Source: Candidatus Yanofskybacteria bacterium CG10_big_fil_rev_8_21_14_0_10_36_16
Lineage (GTDB): Bacteria > Patescibacteriota > Minisyncoccia > 2-02-FULL-40-12 > IGHO2-01-FULL-4-A
NCBI GenBank assembly: GCA_002794035.1
Contig: PCXQ01000004.1
Coordinates: 17,842-81,841, forward strand
Direction: 5' to 3'
DNA length: 64,000 nt
Part shown: piece by piece, positions 29,270 through 39,704 of the stretch
Layout: every line of letters begins with the position of its first letter
Numbering within the stretch: the stretch's first letter is position 1
Position numbers and translations under genes: made by a program
The notes under the pieces: model-generated
The model's input: only the letters and a program-made list of their open reading frames with translations
Database searches by the model: none
Told to the model about the DNA's origin: nothing

Positions 29270-29611
29270 TTATTTAGAAAATCTTAAATTTTTAATAATT
29301 TTAGCTCTTAATTTGTTCTTTGGCAACATACCATAAACAACCCTCTTTAAAAGACTTTCTGGATTTTCTTCAAACATATCTCCAAAATTTATTTCTCTGA
29401 TTCCACCGGGGTATCCAGAATGTCTGTAATATTTTTTTTGATCTAATTTTTGACCAGTAATCTTAACTTTAGAAACATTTTCAACTGTAACTTGAACATC
29501 GGGCGTAATATTATATTGAAAATCAGGACTATCTTTTCCACGCAAAAGCACAGCAATTTTACTTGCTAGTCTTCCTAATGATTGGTTTGTTGCGTCTATG
29601 CGTTTTTCCAT
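29270..29611 (-). CDS. rplM: 50S ribosomal protein L13 (short form)
   Basis: IDA..LGRLAS.IA..LRGK, HSGYPGG, GMLPKNKL. Confidence 0.95.
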   Translation of the reverse strand: MEKRIDATNQSLGRLASKIAVLLRGKDSPDFQYNITPDVQVTVENVSKVKITGQKLDQKKYYRHSGYPGGIREINFGDMFEENPESLLKRVVYGMLPKNKLRAKIIKNLRFSK

Positions 29612-29628
29612 AATTTTTTATTAAAATT

Positions 29629-29979
29629 TTATTTTATAAATTCTAAAATTGCCATCTTGGCTCCGTCACCCTCTCTTCGTGGTAATTTTACAATTCTAGT
29701 ATAACCACCTTCTCTTTCACTGAATTTTGGTGCTATTTCATCTATTAATTTATCAGCTGCTTTTTTACCTGCTATTTCAATAAGAGCTCTTCTTTTTGCT
29801 AAATTTTCATTTTTTGCTTTTGTCACCATTTTTTCTACAAAAGGTTTTAAACTCTTTAGCTTTACTTCAGTGCTTGTAATTTTACCGGATAAAATGAAAG
29901 ACATGGCCAAATTATTCCTTAGGGCATTTCTTTGTTTTTTAACTCTACCGAATTTTTTGATTTTATTTTTGTGTCTCAT
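29629..29979 (-). CDS. rplQ: 50S ribosomal protein L17
   Basis: MRH..., R.GGYTRI.K...R.GDGA. Confidence 0.96.
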   Translation of the reverse strand: MRHKNKIKKFGRVKKQRNALRNNLAMSFILSGKITSTEVKLKSLKPFVEKMVTKAKNENLAKRRALIEIAGKKAADKLIDEIAPKFSEREGGYTRIVKLPRREGDGAKMAILEFIK

Positions 29980-30000
29980 GTCAGTTTATTTAAATAAAAG

Positions 30001-30762
30001 TTATTTTTTCTTTGACTTCGTTTCTTTCTTGGTGGACTCTTTTTTCTTAGAGGTTTTTGTAGTCGCTTCTTTTTCTTTCGGAACTTCCAGTTGGTTCACT
30101 TGTTCAAAGTAGTCTATCAATGTTTTGGATGCTCTTATTAGAGTTTCTTCTGGAGAAACTGAGCCATCGGTTTCTATTTCTAAAATGATTTTATTATAGT
30201 CAGTTCTTTGACCTACGCGCATATTTTCTACCTTGTAGTTAATGTTTTTAACTGGTGAGAAGATGGCATCAACGGCTATGCTTCCAACGCCTAGCTTTTC
30301 TTTTTGTCTTTGCTCTACTGGGACATATCCCATGCCTTTTTCTATCTTTAATTCCATTTCTATTTCGGCTTTCTTATCTGTTATAGTAGCTATTTCTTGA
30401 TCTTTATTTATTACTTCTACATCAGAGTTGGGCTCTATGTCATTTGCTGTAATTTTATTAGCTCCTTTCTTTTTAAGGTTCAAAACTACAGGCTCGTCTG
30501 AAAAAAGTCTAAATCTAACCTTTTTAAGATTTAATATGACATCAATTGCATCTTCCATAACACCTTCTATGGTTGAAAATTCATGGTCAACACCTTTTAT
30601 TTTTACTGAGGTAATTGCAGCACCTTCAATAGAAGATATCAGAACTCTTCTAAGGGCATTGCCGATCGTTAATCCATATCCGGGATAAAGTGGTGAAATT
30701 TCAAAAACCGCTTTGTTGCCATCATGGGATACGACCTTTGGTTTTTCTGGTAATTGTATCAT
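30001..30762 (-). CDS. rpoA: RNA polymerase alpha subunit (N-terminal domain only)
   Basis: PL..GYG.TIGNALRR.L.SS, HEFSTI.GV.ED, VDAIFSPV, RVGQRTD. Confidence 0.96.
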   Translation of the reverse strand: MIQLPEKPKVVSHDGNKAVFEISPLYPGYGLTIGNALRRVLISSIEGAAITSVKIKGVDHEFSTIEGVMEDAIDVILNLKKVRFRLFSDEPVVLNLKKKGANKITANDIEPNSDVEVINKDQEIATITDKKAEIEMELKIEKGMGYVPVEQRQKEKLGVGSIAVDAIFSPVKNINYKVENMRVGQRTDYNKIILEIETDGSVSPEETLIRASKTLIDYFEQVNQLEVPKEKEATTKTSKKKESTKKETKSKKK

Positions 30763-30843
30763 GTTTACTTTATAAAATTTATAAAGTTATAAGTTTTCTG
30801 TTCCTTGCAACTTTATAAATTTAATTACTTTTTATCCGACATA

Positions 30844-31479
30844 TTATCTAGAATAATATTCCACGATGGCTCTTAGGTCTGAAGTGTTTAAACCACTATC
30901 TTCCATGCTTGGTGTTCCTATTATTTTTGAGGAAATCTTGCCCTTGTCCAATGATATCCATCCTGGAGCTTCATATTTTTCAAACCATTGTGGCATTAAA
31001 GAAGAAAAATAAGGTATTTTCTTACTTTCTTCTCTTATTGAAATTGTATCGTTTTTTCTGACTTTGTAAGATGGGATGTCTACTCTTTTGCTGTTTACGG
31101 TAATATGACCATGGTTAACCAATTGTCTTGCTTGATCTCTTGATTGAGCAAAACCTGATCTAAAAACAATATTGTCCAAACGTTTTTCTAGTTTTTCCAT
31201 TATTTTAGAACCTGTTTCACTCTTGGATTTCATAGAGTCTTTTACGATGGCTTTAAATTGCTTTTCTAGTATTCTGTAGGTATTTCTAACTCTTTGTTTT
31301 GATTGAAGTTGCAATCCGTATTCAGACAACCTTCTTTGGCCCTTGCTTCCATGTGTTCCTGGGGGATATGGCCTTTTGGTTAGAGCTGATTTTGGAGAAT
31401 ATGAACGTTCGCCCTTTAAGAAGAGTTTAGTTCCCAAGCGTCTTTCTATTTTTTCTTTTGGACCTCTATATCTTGCCAA
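30844..31479 (-). CDS. rpsD: 30S ribosomal protein S4
   Basis: TTG start giving MARY.GP; PPG.HG, LE.RLDN.V.R, ARQLVNHGH. Confidence 0.96.
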   Translation of the reverse strand: MARYRGPKEKIERRLGTKLFLKGERSYSPKSALTKRPYPPGTHGSKGQRRLSEYGLQLQSKQRVRNTYRILEKQFKAIVKDSMKSKSETGSKIMEKLEKRLDNIVFRSGFAQSRDQARQLVNHGHITVNSKRVDIPSYKVRKNDTISIREESKKIPYFSSLMPQWFEKYEAPGWISLDKGKISSKIIGTPSMEDSGLNTSDLRAIVEYYSR

Positions 31480-31547
31480 TTCTATTAATCGCTTATTGTT
31501 AGGAAACGATAGCAACTTGCTGTAGTTACCTAATCATAGGCGGTTTA

Positions 31548-31994
31548 TTATACCCTCCTTGGTTTTGGTGGTTTTACGCCGTTGTGTGGCATTGGTGTAG
31601 TGTCAACAACCGATGTTATATTTATACCGGTTCCTGCAACTCCTCTAATTGCTGCCTCTCTGCCTGAACCGATACCTTTAACTGTGATTTCAGCTTCAAC
31701 CATTCCTAATGCTTTAGCTTTTTCAGCAACATCTTTTGCAACAATGGTTGCAGCGTATGGTGTTGATTTCCTAGAGCCCTTAAATCCCAAGCTTCCAGCT
31801 GAAGACCAAAGTAAAACTTCTCCTTTGCTGTCTGCAACATTAACCAAGGTGTTATTAAACGAAACGGATATGTTTATAATGCCTTTTGCAATTTTTTTGT
31901 TCCTTGCTTTTTTGCTCAATTTTAAAAGCACAGATTTGCTTTCATCTGCTGGTCCTAGTCCGTCACTTTTTGATATTACTCTTTTCTGTCCCAT
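31548..31994 (-). CDS. rpsK: 30S ribosomal protein S11
   Basis: SFNNT, SAG..GFKGSRKSTPYAA, PHNG. Confidence 0.97.
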   Translation of the reverse strand: MGQKRVISKSDGLGPADESKSVLLKLSKKARNKKIAKGIINISVSFNNTLVNVADSKGEVLLWSSAGSLGFKGSRKSTPYAATIVAKDVAEKAKALGMVEAEITVKGIGSGREAAIRGVAGTGINITSVVDTTPMPHNGVKPPKPRRV

Positions 31995-32059
31995 TTTTAT
32001 TTAAGTCATGCCCTTAGCCAATTAATATTTAAGAGACATTGTCGGACATGTGTTATACA

Positions 32060-32443
32060 TTATGTTTTTTGTGCTGATGGTTTTTTACCGGAACCCATTG
32101 TCTTTCTTACGTTTCCTCTAAGGGTTCTTGAATTTGTCTTGGTTCTTCCATGTATTGGAAGTTTTCTTGCATGTCTTGTTCCTCTCCATGCGCCCACCTC
32201 TCTTAAATGCTTTATGTTTTCTCCAACCTCACGCCTTAAGTCACCCTCTGTTTTATAGTTTTTTTCAATAATGCCTTGAATTCGAGCTGACTCATCTTTC
32301 GTGAGTTCATTGGTTCTTTTATCAGGACTTACGTTGGCCGACTTCAAAATTATGGAGCTTGTGGTTGTTCCTATTCCGTAAATATAAGTTAGCGAATAAA
32401 GTATTTTTTTGTTGTCAGGTATGTCTATACCACTTATTCTCAT
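32060..32443 (-). CDS. rpsM: 30S ribosomal protein S13
   Basis: RISG.DIP..K, IYGIG, EGDLRRE, RG.RH...LP. Confidence 0.97.
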   Translation of the reverse strand: MRISGIDIPDNKKILYSLTYIYGIGTTTSSIILKSANVSPDKRTNELTKDESARIQGIIEKNYKTEGDLRREVGENIKHLREVGAWRGTRHARKLPIHGRTKTNSRTLRGNVRKTMGSGKKPSAQKT

Positions 32444-32506
32444 AAATAATAGCTTATAGCTAAGAGGCCATAGAAACCATCTATTGCCGCCAAGTTTATA
32501 GGCAAA

Positions 32507-32620
32507 CTAACCCTGTCTTTGTTTATGTTTAGGGTTTTTACAAATACAATAAACCTTACCCTTTCTGCGCACTAGCTTGCAATTATTACAAATTTTTTTA
32601 ACTGATGAACGTACTTTCAT
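32507..32620 (-). CDS. rpmJ: 50S ribosomal protein L36 (absent from ORF track)
   Basis: Manual translation [37 protein letters not shown]. Confidence 0.96.
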   Translation of the reverse strand: MKVRSSVKKICNNCKLVRRKGKVYCICKNPKHKQRQG

Positions 32621-32659
32621 AATTTATTTTTCAAATTCAATAATAATATATTTAGAATA

Positions 32660-32869
32660 TTATTTTCTAAACACTATTCTGCCTTTGTCTCCTTCAGGGC
32701 TTAATTCCAGGGTTACTTTGTCTCCTGGTATTACCTTTATATAATTCATCCTCATTTTGCCCGAAAGGTACGCCAAAATTTCTTTGCCGTCTTCTAATTT
32801 TACTCTGAATTTTGTATCAGGCAATGTTTCTGTTATCTCGCCTTCAACTTTTATTTTATCGTCTGGCAT
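32660..32869 (-). CDS. infA: translation initiation factor IF-1
   Basis: EG.I.E.LP...F.V.LE.G..ILA..SGKMR..YI....GD.V..E.SP. Confidence 0.96.
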   Translation of the reverse strand: MPDDKIKVEGEITETLPDTKFRVKLEDGKEILAYLSGKMRMNYIKVIPGDKVTLELSPEGDKGRIVFRK

Positions 32870-33019
32870 TTAAAATATAGATAAAAAACACCGCATAACA
32901 AATATGCAGAGCTATCTTCAGTACTTTTTACCTATGGTTTATGATAACAAATAAATTAAATAAATGCAATAGAAAATACCAACTGTTAATATATGTAAAT
33001 AAAAACCTATAAATATGCC

Positions 33020-35182
33020 CTACTTATTATTATCTATTACAATTTCTATCTTTTCCTCTTCCGTGGGTATTTCGTTAACCCAGAAAGGAGAAAGTGTTAT
33101 TTTGGCCTTCTCAATCTCATTAAAATTTGAGAAATAATCCCTAACTTGACTTTCTTTCATGCCTTTTATTTCTTCAAGTATTTCATTTTTATCAATGACA
33201 TATGCTGATTCTCCGTTAACTTTTACAGTAAAACCAATCTTATTTTCATCTTTCTCAGACTCGTGTTCAGTATAAGATATTAGTGTTTTATCTTCTAACA
33301 ATTTAAAATTATCTTCTCCTATCTTGGAAGTTTCTATGATTTTAACAATATCATCTTCTCTAAAGGCAATGACAGATGCTGTGCCAGAAACTGACATTTC
33401 AAAGGTTGCTACTGCCGTTCCTGATTCAACAAGCGTATCAGGTTCACTAATTTTTATTGATATCATTCCTGCTGTTTTTAGATCTCCAATTTTATTTTTT
33501 ATAGAATCTTCTAACTCATTTTTTAACTTTGTCGAAAGTTCAATTTGCGCTTCTGCAAGATCTGTCTCTGTGACGACAGGAGATGGGCCTATCATTCCTC
33601 CGATCATAGGCTTTTCTGATTCCGCGTAAAATTCAGTAAATTTAGATTTTCCTTCAAAGCCCGGTATCGTAAATCTGGCTGGACCTATGTTGTAATTATT
33701 ACCTGCCTTATCAGCTACTATCTCAACTTTTATAGACCCGGGTGTATCTCCTTCTCTCGCCGGGACAACAATACTAACAGGAATTCTAAATATTAGTCCC
33801 TCAGGTGATTCAAAACGAGTTGTTGCTACAAGGCGTTGGGAGGTGCCCGAGGTATTGTATATAGTTATTTCTCCGCGTGCCTTTTGAGCAACTTCTTTGT
33901 TTCCACTTGAAGTAAAGGCACCTTTGACTTCTTTGGTTTCTTCAAACTTTTGTCCAGGAACTTGATCAAGGGCATAGTTTGTTGCTGATATATCAGTTAA
34001 CGCAGATGCTTTAAATTCAAAATCCAAAGGTTGTTTTTTAGGGTTAATAACAATTTTTACACTTCCTAGTTTTATATATAAAACGGTACCGAGTGCTAGA
34101 ACGGCAATAGTGACTGCAATTGCAGAAATCTTTCTTATCAGATTTGTCTTTTGCAGGGTTGGCTTGTTTGGCTTTTGAAAATTAAATTTTTTCATTTTGT
34201 CACCAAATTTTTCAGTACCATAAGTTTTACTGCCTCCAGTAAGCCACAACTTTGATATTTCATCATCTCTAGACGAAGGCTTGGGTTTAAGTTCTGAATT
34301 AATAATCACGCTCTCTTTTTTGGGGCGCGGACTCTCTGGTTTTACTTTTTCACCAGAATATTTTTGTTCAGGAGGTATGATGTCTGTTATGACTTTGTTA
34401 TGAAGAGGATTACCTTTAAATGCTACGAGTGTTGCCATGGCTTGTGGTATGGTTTCACTTATAGCATCTTCTTCTGTTTCTGCATGATCAACTTCGATTG
34501 GGGTAAAACTCGCAGCTCTCCCCCAATAGTTTAATTCGTCTTCCTCATCAGATTTTGCCGGTTTTTTCTCTAGTGTTTGTTCGGGTTCTTTTGCTAGTTC
34601 ATTCAGATCTTCATTTTTTTCTTTGGCATCTTCTTCAGTTTGTTCAGATTCATCTTCTTCATCCTCCTCCCCTTCTTGATCTTCAGCATTCTCATTTTCT
34701 TCAGACGCCACATCTTCATCTTTAAAACGCCCTGCACCGCGACTTACAATTCGCTCAAGGGGATCTTCGGAATTTTCTTCATTGTCTTCTTGTTCTGAGT
34801 CTTCGGATTCAAAATCTTCCTTTTCTTGTTCTTCTCCTTGATTCTCATTGTCTGTCTCCTGAGGAATTTCGGGGCTAGCAATCGATGCCTCTCTAATTGT
34901 GTAATTTGGAGATTTTTTTTGGGTAAACATAACTTCAACGCCCGTTTCCATAGCTAATTGTGCTGTTTGCTGTTCCCCAGTCATTATAGTAAGCTGAACA
35001 TTTGTTTTATCAGCATAATCTTTAATCATTGCCATTCTTGTTTCATCCTGAAGAACCGTCAGCCCTTTAGGCAAAATTAAAATCACCTCATCGGCGTCAC
35101 CGTGGGTGCTATCTTTTAGAGCGCTTATAATTTCCTCAAAGGTATCCCCTGCGGAAACATTTATGACTTTGGTACCTGACAT
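33020..35182 (-). CDS. membrane-anchored protein with acidic linker and baseplate-J-like C-terminal region
   Basis: Glu/Asp-rich stretch, one TM, KA.G.I.IYN...LVA.TRF...GL.F...V.AD..G..YNI. Confidence 0.6.
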   Translation of the reverse strand: MSGTKVINVSAGDTFEEIISALKDSTHGDADEVILILPKGLTVLQDETRMAMIKDYADKTNVQLTIMTGEQQTAQLAMETGVEVMFTQKKSPNYTIREASIASPEIPQETDNENQGEEQEKEDFESEDSEQEDNEENSEDPLERIVSRGAGRFKDEDVASEENENAEDQEGEEDEEDESEQTEEDAKEKNEDLNELAKEPEQTLEKKPAKSDEEDELNYWGRAASFTPIEVDHAETEEDAISETIPQAMATLVAFKGNPLHNKVITDIIPPEQKYSGEKVKPESPRPKKESVIINSELKPKPSSRDDEISKLWLTGGSKTYGTEKFGDKMKKFNFQKPNKPTLQKTNLIRKISAIAVTIAVLALGTVLYIKLGSVKIVINPKKQPLDFEFKASALTDISATNYALDQVPGQKFEETKEVKGAFTSSGNKEVAQKARGEITIYNTSGTSQRLVATTRFESPEGLIFRIPVSIVVPAREGDTPGSIKVEIVADKAGNNYNIGPARFTIPGFEGKSKFTEFYAESEKPMIGGMIGPSPVVTETDLAEAQIELSTKLKNELEDSIKNKIGDLKTAGMISIKISEPDTLVESGTAVATFEMSVSGTASVIAFREDDIVKIIETSKIGEDNFKLLEDKTLISYTEHESEKDENKIGFTVKVNGESAYVIDKNEILEEIKGMKESQVRDYFSNFNEIEKAKITLSPFWVNEIPTEEEKIEIVIDNNK

Positions 35183-35275
35183 TGATAAAATTATATCATA
35201 TTTCAAGTAGAGATATATCAACACAAAAACCGCTAAGGCGGTTTTTGTTATTTACAAAATTTAAAACCAGAAAAA

Positions 35276-37039
35276 TTATTCTACAATGGCTCTTATTCTC
35301 CTTATACCAGTACCCACCGACTGTTCTTTTTTAATAGTTATACGGCCTATCTCCCCCGTTTGTTCTACATGCGGACCCCCGCAAAGCTCCCGGCTAAATG
35401 GCTTATCCCAGTCACCTACTGTATAGACTTTTACAGTAGATGGATATTTTTCTTTAAAGAAGGACAACGCGCCAAGCTTTACGGCCTCCTCATAAGGCAT
35501 CTCGCGCATTGTAACCAACAAATCATCATCCACTGCCTTGTTAGCAAGATTTTCAATTTCTTTTTTTTCTTCATCTGTTAGCTTGCGGTTAAAATTAAAA
35601 TCAAATCTCAGCCGTTCGGCTGTAATATCAGAACCAGCTTGATGAACTTCTTCGCCTAAAACCTTGCGCAATGCAGCATGCAAAAGGTGAGTAGCCGTAT
35701 GTAATCTTGTAACTTTTTTTAATTCTTCTTCGTTACCAGCTTTGAGTTCCCCTGTATCTAATATAAGTCCATGGCCTCCGAATTTCTTTTCTTGCCCAGC
35801 CTTTGATAATTCTTTATGCTTTTCCATTTCTGCCTCAAAACTTTTGGTATCTAACTCGACCCCTTTTTCTTCAGCAAGCTCTTTGGTAAGTTCAACTGGA
35901 AATCCAAAGGTTGTATATAAGTCAAAAACATCTTTACCAGATATCACATTAGTTCCAGAACTTATTCTCTCAAATTCTTTTATGCCATTGCTTAGTGCCT
36001 TGCTAAATTTATATCTTTCGTTTTCTATTACTTCCAATATTTCGTCCTGTTTTTTTGAGAGTTCAGGATATACACCGACATAAATATCATGAGAAACAAC
36101 ATGCAGTATTCTTTTGTAAATATCATCGGGCAAATCAAGAGATTTAACATATCTTATTGCCCTTCTTAATAGACGTCTCAAAACATATCCTTGTTCTGAG
36201 TTTGACGGCAAAACACCGTCTGAAATCATAAAAATTGCCGCTTTCATGTGATCAGCAATTATTCTTTCTGCTTTTCTATTATTCTCATGATCATACAATT
36301 CTTTTCCCCTAATCTCTGTTATTACCGGCAAAGAAAGGTCTGTTTCATAAACATTGTTTTTTCCTTGAAGCATAACTGCCAAACGCTCAAGACCCATACC
36401 AGTATCTATGCCCTTTATTTCTAAAGGTAAATATTTTTTATGTTCATCACAGAAAAATTCATTAAAGACAATATTCCATATCTCAACACCATCTATATAA
36501 ATCTCCGTTGTGGGTCCGCATGGGCCCTTGCTTCCTGTCGGACCCCAAAAATTATCTTCTTTATCTCCAAAAATTATTTTATCATCAGGCACACCAAATG
36601 ATTTCCATATTTCTAGAGACTCTCTGTCTTCAGGGATATTGTTTTCATGATCACCCTTAAATATAGAAACAACTACTCTTTCTGGTGATATCCCCAAATC
36701 TTTTATCATAAAATCATACCCATATTGTATTGCTTCTTTTTTCCAGTACCCACCGAATGAAAAATTGCCCAACATTTCAAAAAAGGTTGCGTGAGTGTTG
36801 TCTCCAACCTCTTCTATGTCTACTGTCCTCACTGACTTTTGAATAGATGCGGTATTTTTAGAACCAAAGTCTTTAATTGGATCTGCCTCGCCTGTATAGT
36901 ATTTTTTAAACTGTTGCATACCTGCGGTTGTAAAAAGCACCGACGGGTCATCGGGCAAAAGAGAGCTTGATGGCACAACCGCGTGACCTCGCTCTTTAAA
37001 AAAGTTTAGGAATTTTTCACGAATTTCTTGATGTGTCAT
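35276..37039 (-). CDS. alaS: alanine--tRNA ligase lacking the C-Ala domain
   Basis: EIR.KFL.FF, LFTTAGMQ, FFEMLGNFSFG, IDTGMGLER, HTATHLL, ELCGGPHV. Confidence 0.97.
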   Translation of the reverse strand: MTHQEIREKFLNFFKERGHAVVPSSSLLPDDPSVLFTTAGMQQFKKYYTGEADPIKDFGSKNTASIQKSVRTVDIEEVGDNTHATFFEMLGNFSFGGYWKKEAIQYGYDFMIKDLGISPERVVVSIFKGDHENNIPEDRESLEIWKSFGVPDDKIIFGDKEDNFWGPTGSKGPCGPTTEIYIDGVEIWNIVFNEFFCDEHKKYLPLEIKGIDTGMGLERLAVMLQGKNNVYETDLSLPVITEIRGKELYDHENNRKAERIIADHMKAAIFMISDGVLPSNSEQGYVLRRLLRRAIRYVKSLDLPDDIYKRILHVVSHDIYVGVYPELSKKQDEILEVIENERYKFSKALSNGIKEFERISSGTNVISGKDVFDLYTTFGFPVELTKELAEEKGVELDTKSFEAEMEKHKELSKAGQEKKFGGHGLILDTGELKAGNEEELKKVTRLHTATHLLHAALRKVLGEEVHQAGSDITAERLRFDFNFNRKLTDEEKKEIENLANKAVDDDLLVTMREMPYEEAVKLGALSFFKEKYPSTVKVYTVGDWDKPFSRELCGGPHVEQTGEIGRITIKKEQSVGTGIRRIRAIVE

Positions 37040-37074
37040 ATCACCATAATAAAATAAAAGCCCCAAAAGGGCAA

Positions 37075-37614
37075 TTATGTATATTCATTTTTTGTAACCA
37101 AAAGAGAAATACTGCAACAATCTAAACAAAGAGAAAACCAGCTTCTTGACCAAACATCACCCTCTGCACTATCAAATTCTTGTGCATATCTATAAACGAT
37201 AATACTTCTGTTTTTACAATTCGGACAATCCGTCTTCCACAAACCTGAATCATCTTCAACAACCTTAACATTTTTAAGACCAATTTCTAGTGTTTCTTTT
37301 TTTCCTATTTCCATTAATTGTTTCATAAAGACGTATTGCCTTGGACTTAGAGGATTTTTTGGATCAAAATTTGTGACAGAATCATTTATAAAACAACAAA
37401 ATGCCTCATATTTACCGGGATAATGACCCGGAGGGTTCCAGCTCCGCTTTAAAGATTTAATTAATCCCAAAACCCGACTATTGCCTTTCTGGTCTTTTTT
37501 AAGTTGATCAATCTTGGAGCTTAATTCTTGAATTAGTTCATTTGTTTTTAAAACAATCTCCTTTGTTCCAGTTTCTATGTTTTCAATTTTTCTTGCAAGT
37601 TCATTTCCCTGCAC
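37075..37614 (-). CDS. orphan protein with coiled coil and C-terminal Zn ribbon
   Basis: CPNC...CLDC; AAGGAG SD, GTG start. Confidence 0.6.
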   Translation of the reverse strand: MQGNELARKIENIETGTKEIVLKTNELIQELSSKIDQLKKDQKGNSRVLGLIKSLKRSWNPPGHYPGKYEAFCCFINDSVTNFDPKNPLSPRQYVFMKQLMEIGKKETLEIGLKNVKVVEDDSGLWKTDCPNCKNRSIIVYRYAQEFDSAEGDVWSRSWFSLCLDCCSISLLVTKNEYT

Positions 37615-37733
37615 GATCTTCTCCTTTAAAATTATTAAGAACTAAATATTTTGTAACAAATTGTCTTAATAATGTCAAATTAAAACCCCGTCCTTAGAGG
37701 CAGGATTTTAATTTGATTTAAGTAATTTCTAAT

Positions 37734-38006
37734 TTAATTCTCTTTAACTTCTCCCCGGTTTAATTTGTGGAATTTACGTTTTTTATTAAGAAGATAAATG
37801 CCAAATGCTATTAGTAAAATGGGCCAGAATGCATCACTAAAAATACCTAGTTCGCGAGCTAAAAAATAAACTCCCAGAATTACAAAAAACCAGCCCCAAA
37901 ATAAACCCTTGCCTCCATGGCAGTAACGACAACCAGAATCCATGCATTTTTGGTGCCAATTTTTTATTTCCTCTTTGTTGTTTTGTTTATTATTTTCCTT
38001 TTCCAT
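37734..38006 (-). CDS. small membrane protein (LiaF/DUF5668-like TM hairpin)
   Basis: FWG...ILG.YFL...G......WPILLI..GI. Confidence 0.6.
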   Translation of the reverse strand: MEKENNKQNNKEEIKNWHQKCMDSGCRYCHGGKGLFWGWFFVILGVYFLARELGIFSDAFWPILLIAFGIYLLNKKRKFHKLNRGEVKEN

Positions 38007-38126
38007 AATTAAATAATACATTAATTTTGACATTTTAGCAAATAGTATTTACTTTAAAAAGGTTGAAAATTTGACCTAAATATGTCATTATGTTCCTAGT
38101 TTATTTACAAAATAAGGAATAGAAAA

Positions 38127-39152
38127 ATGAGAACAATAGATTTGTCCCATGAAAAACTCTTGAGGTTAACGGGTCATTACAATGAAAGAATAGGAAATAG
38201 AGGTATTAAGGAATTTGTTAAAAGATATTTGGCTATGAGTTTTACAGAGGTTATTGATGAATTTGATCAAAAATTATATAAAGCCTCTGAAGAAATAAAA
38301 AACCGCCTATTATATGAATTTAAGGAACCAATTCATTTTAAGACCGCTTGGGATCTTGCCAACATGCGCAGACCTCTTAAGTGCTATGATTTTCTTTCTT
38401 ATACTAACCCGGAAAAAATTGGAATTTTATGCGGAATAAATAGAAGCAAGGCAACATCGCTTTCTACAGATTTGAATTTATTTAATTTAGAAGGTTGTAA
38501 TGTTCTTGAACTAAACTTTTCTCTTTACTGGTGGAATAACACCGTACGCCATATTTGGTCTGTCATAATTTTAAATTATCTTATATCAACAACTTCTAGG
38601 AATGGAAAAAAATTACTGGGAGGAGATTTTTCTTCAGATAGAAAATTTGAGGCAGAATCAATTTCGTTTGGACAGCCCTTAGAAAAGCTAGTTGAAATTA
38701 AAAGTGTTGATACAAAAGAAGCCGACAGTTTGCATTCCTTATATTATAAAGCGCATTTAGGATCTAGGTTTTGTGAATTTGAAGCAGGAAATTCATTTAA
38801 AGAGTGGTTGAAAAATATTAATCTTGGAGATTTGCAAAAGCATGGCTTAACATTTCAAGAAGCCCACCTTGTACTTCTTGCAGGCAGTCAGGTTAATCCA
38901 GAAATTGAGATAGAAATGAGGTGGGACCAAACTATTAAATTTTATAGATTTGTTTGTTTTGTTAAAAATTTAAACACTCATGGATTTAAAGATGAGGACA
39001 GGACGGTGCATATTCAGGAAAGTTTATTATTAGCTTTTTTTGAAAACTCAAAACCAGAAATACAAGCATCAATGGTGCGACTTTTAATCAGTGCTGGATT
39101 CAATAAAGCTCGCGATCTTTTATTTAAATCCATAAATCACGATGCTGTATAA
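38127..39152 (+). CDS. orphan hypothetical protein
   Basis: 341-aa ORF, AAGGA SD, terminator hairpin at 39161-39189. Confidence 0.65.
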   Translation: MRTIDLSHEKLLRLTGHYNERIGNRGIKEFVKRYLAMSFTEVIDEFDQKLYKASEEIKNRLLYEFKEPIHFKTAWDLANMRRPLKCYDFLSYTNPEKIGILCGINRSKATSLSTDLNLFNLEGCNVLELNFSLYWWNNTVRHIWSVIILNYLISTTSRNGKKLLGGDFSSDRKFEAESISFGQPLEKLVEIKSVDTKEADSLHSLYYKAHLGSRFCEFEAGNSFKEWLKNINLGDLQKHGLTFQEAHLVLLAGSQVNPEIEIEMRWDQTIKFYRFVCFVKNLNTHGFKDEDRTVHIQESLLLAFFENSKPEIQASMVRLLISAGFNKARDLLFKSINHDAV

Positions 39153-39198
39153 GTTTATTCAAAAACTGCCCAATTTTGGACAGTTTTTTATTTTTATA

Positions 39199-39561
39199 TT
39201 ATTTATTAGATTTTTTATCCATCAAATAATATAAGGCAAGCGGAGCAGCCCAGTTAGCCCATCTCTCAAAGAAATCCCATACAGGATCGGGTCCGAAGGG
39301 CCATCTGAGAAGCGCAGTCCATAGCCCCCAAAAGGCCATCCACAAAATTGCAGGGCGCAACGGCTTAACGAGTATTAAGATTGCGAGTGTAATATCCATT
39401 ATACCGACTATCAACAATAAGCTTGTCATCATTGATGGGTCTGTAATTCCAAACGGTTCAAAATACTTAAACCACCCCTCTTTGCCCTGAAGAGCAAATA
39501 CGCCATGGCCTAGAAATTCTCCGAAAAGACCAAGACGCAAAATCCACATAATTTTATTCAT
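39199..39561 (-). CDS. DoxX-like membrane protein
   Basis: LR.GL.G.F.GHG, G..DI, ER..NW.APLAL. Confidence 0.6.
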   Translation of the reverse strand: MNKIMWILRLGLFGEFLGHGVFALQGKEGWFKYFEPFGITDPSMMTSLLLIVGIMDITLAILILVKPLRPAILWMAFWGLWTALLRWPFGPDPVWDFFERWANWAAPLALYYLMDKKSNK

Positions 39562-39704
39562 AAATTTAAATAATTATTTAAAAAGTTGTTTTATAATTCG
39601 GCCTGATTTAATTATACTCTAATTTAAATTTACGATATCCACCTGTTATAAATTTAAATACAAAGAACAGGCCATTGTAATTATTTTGCAATGAGATTAG
39701 TAAA

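Noticed and set aside
33020-35182. Prophage or contractile injection system, from the baseplate-J-like region
   Set aside because: A single membrane-anchored gene between alaS and infA with no other tail or capsid genes.
38069-38098. dif site (ATTTGACCTAA-8-TTATGTTCCTA)
   Set aside because: The spacer is 8 rather than 6 bp and the sequence lies where a promoter for 38127 is expected; not supportable by eye.
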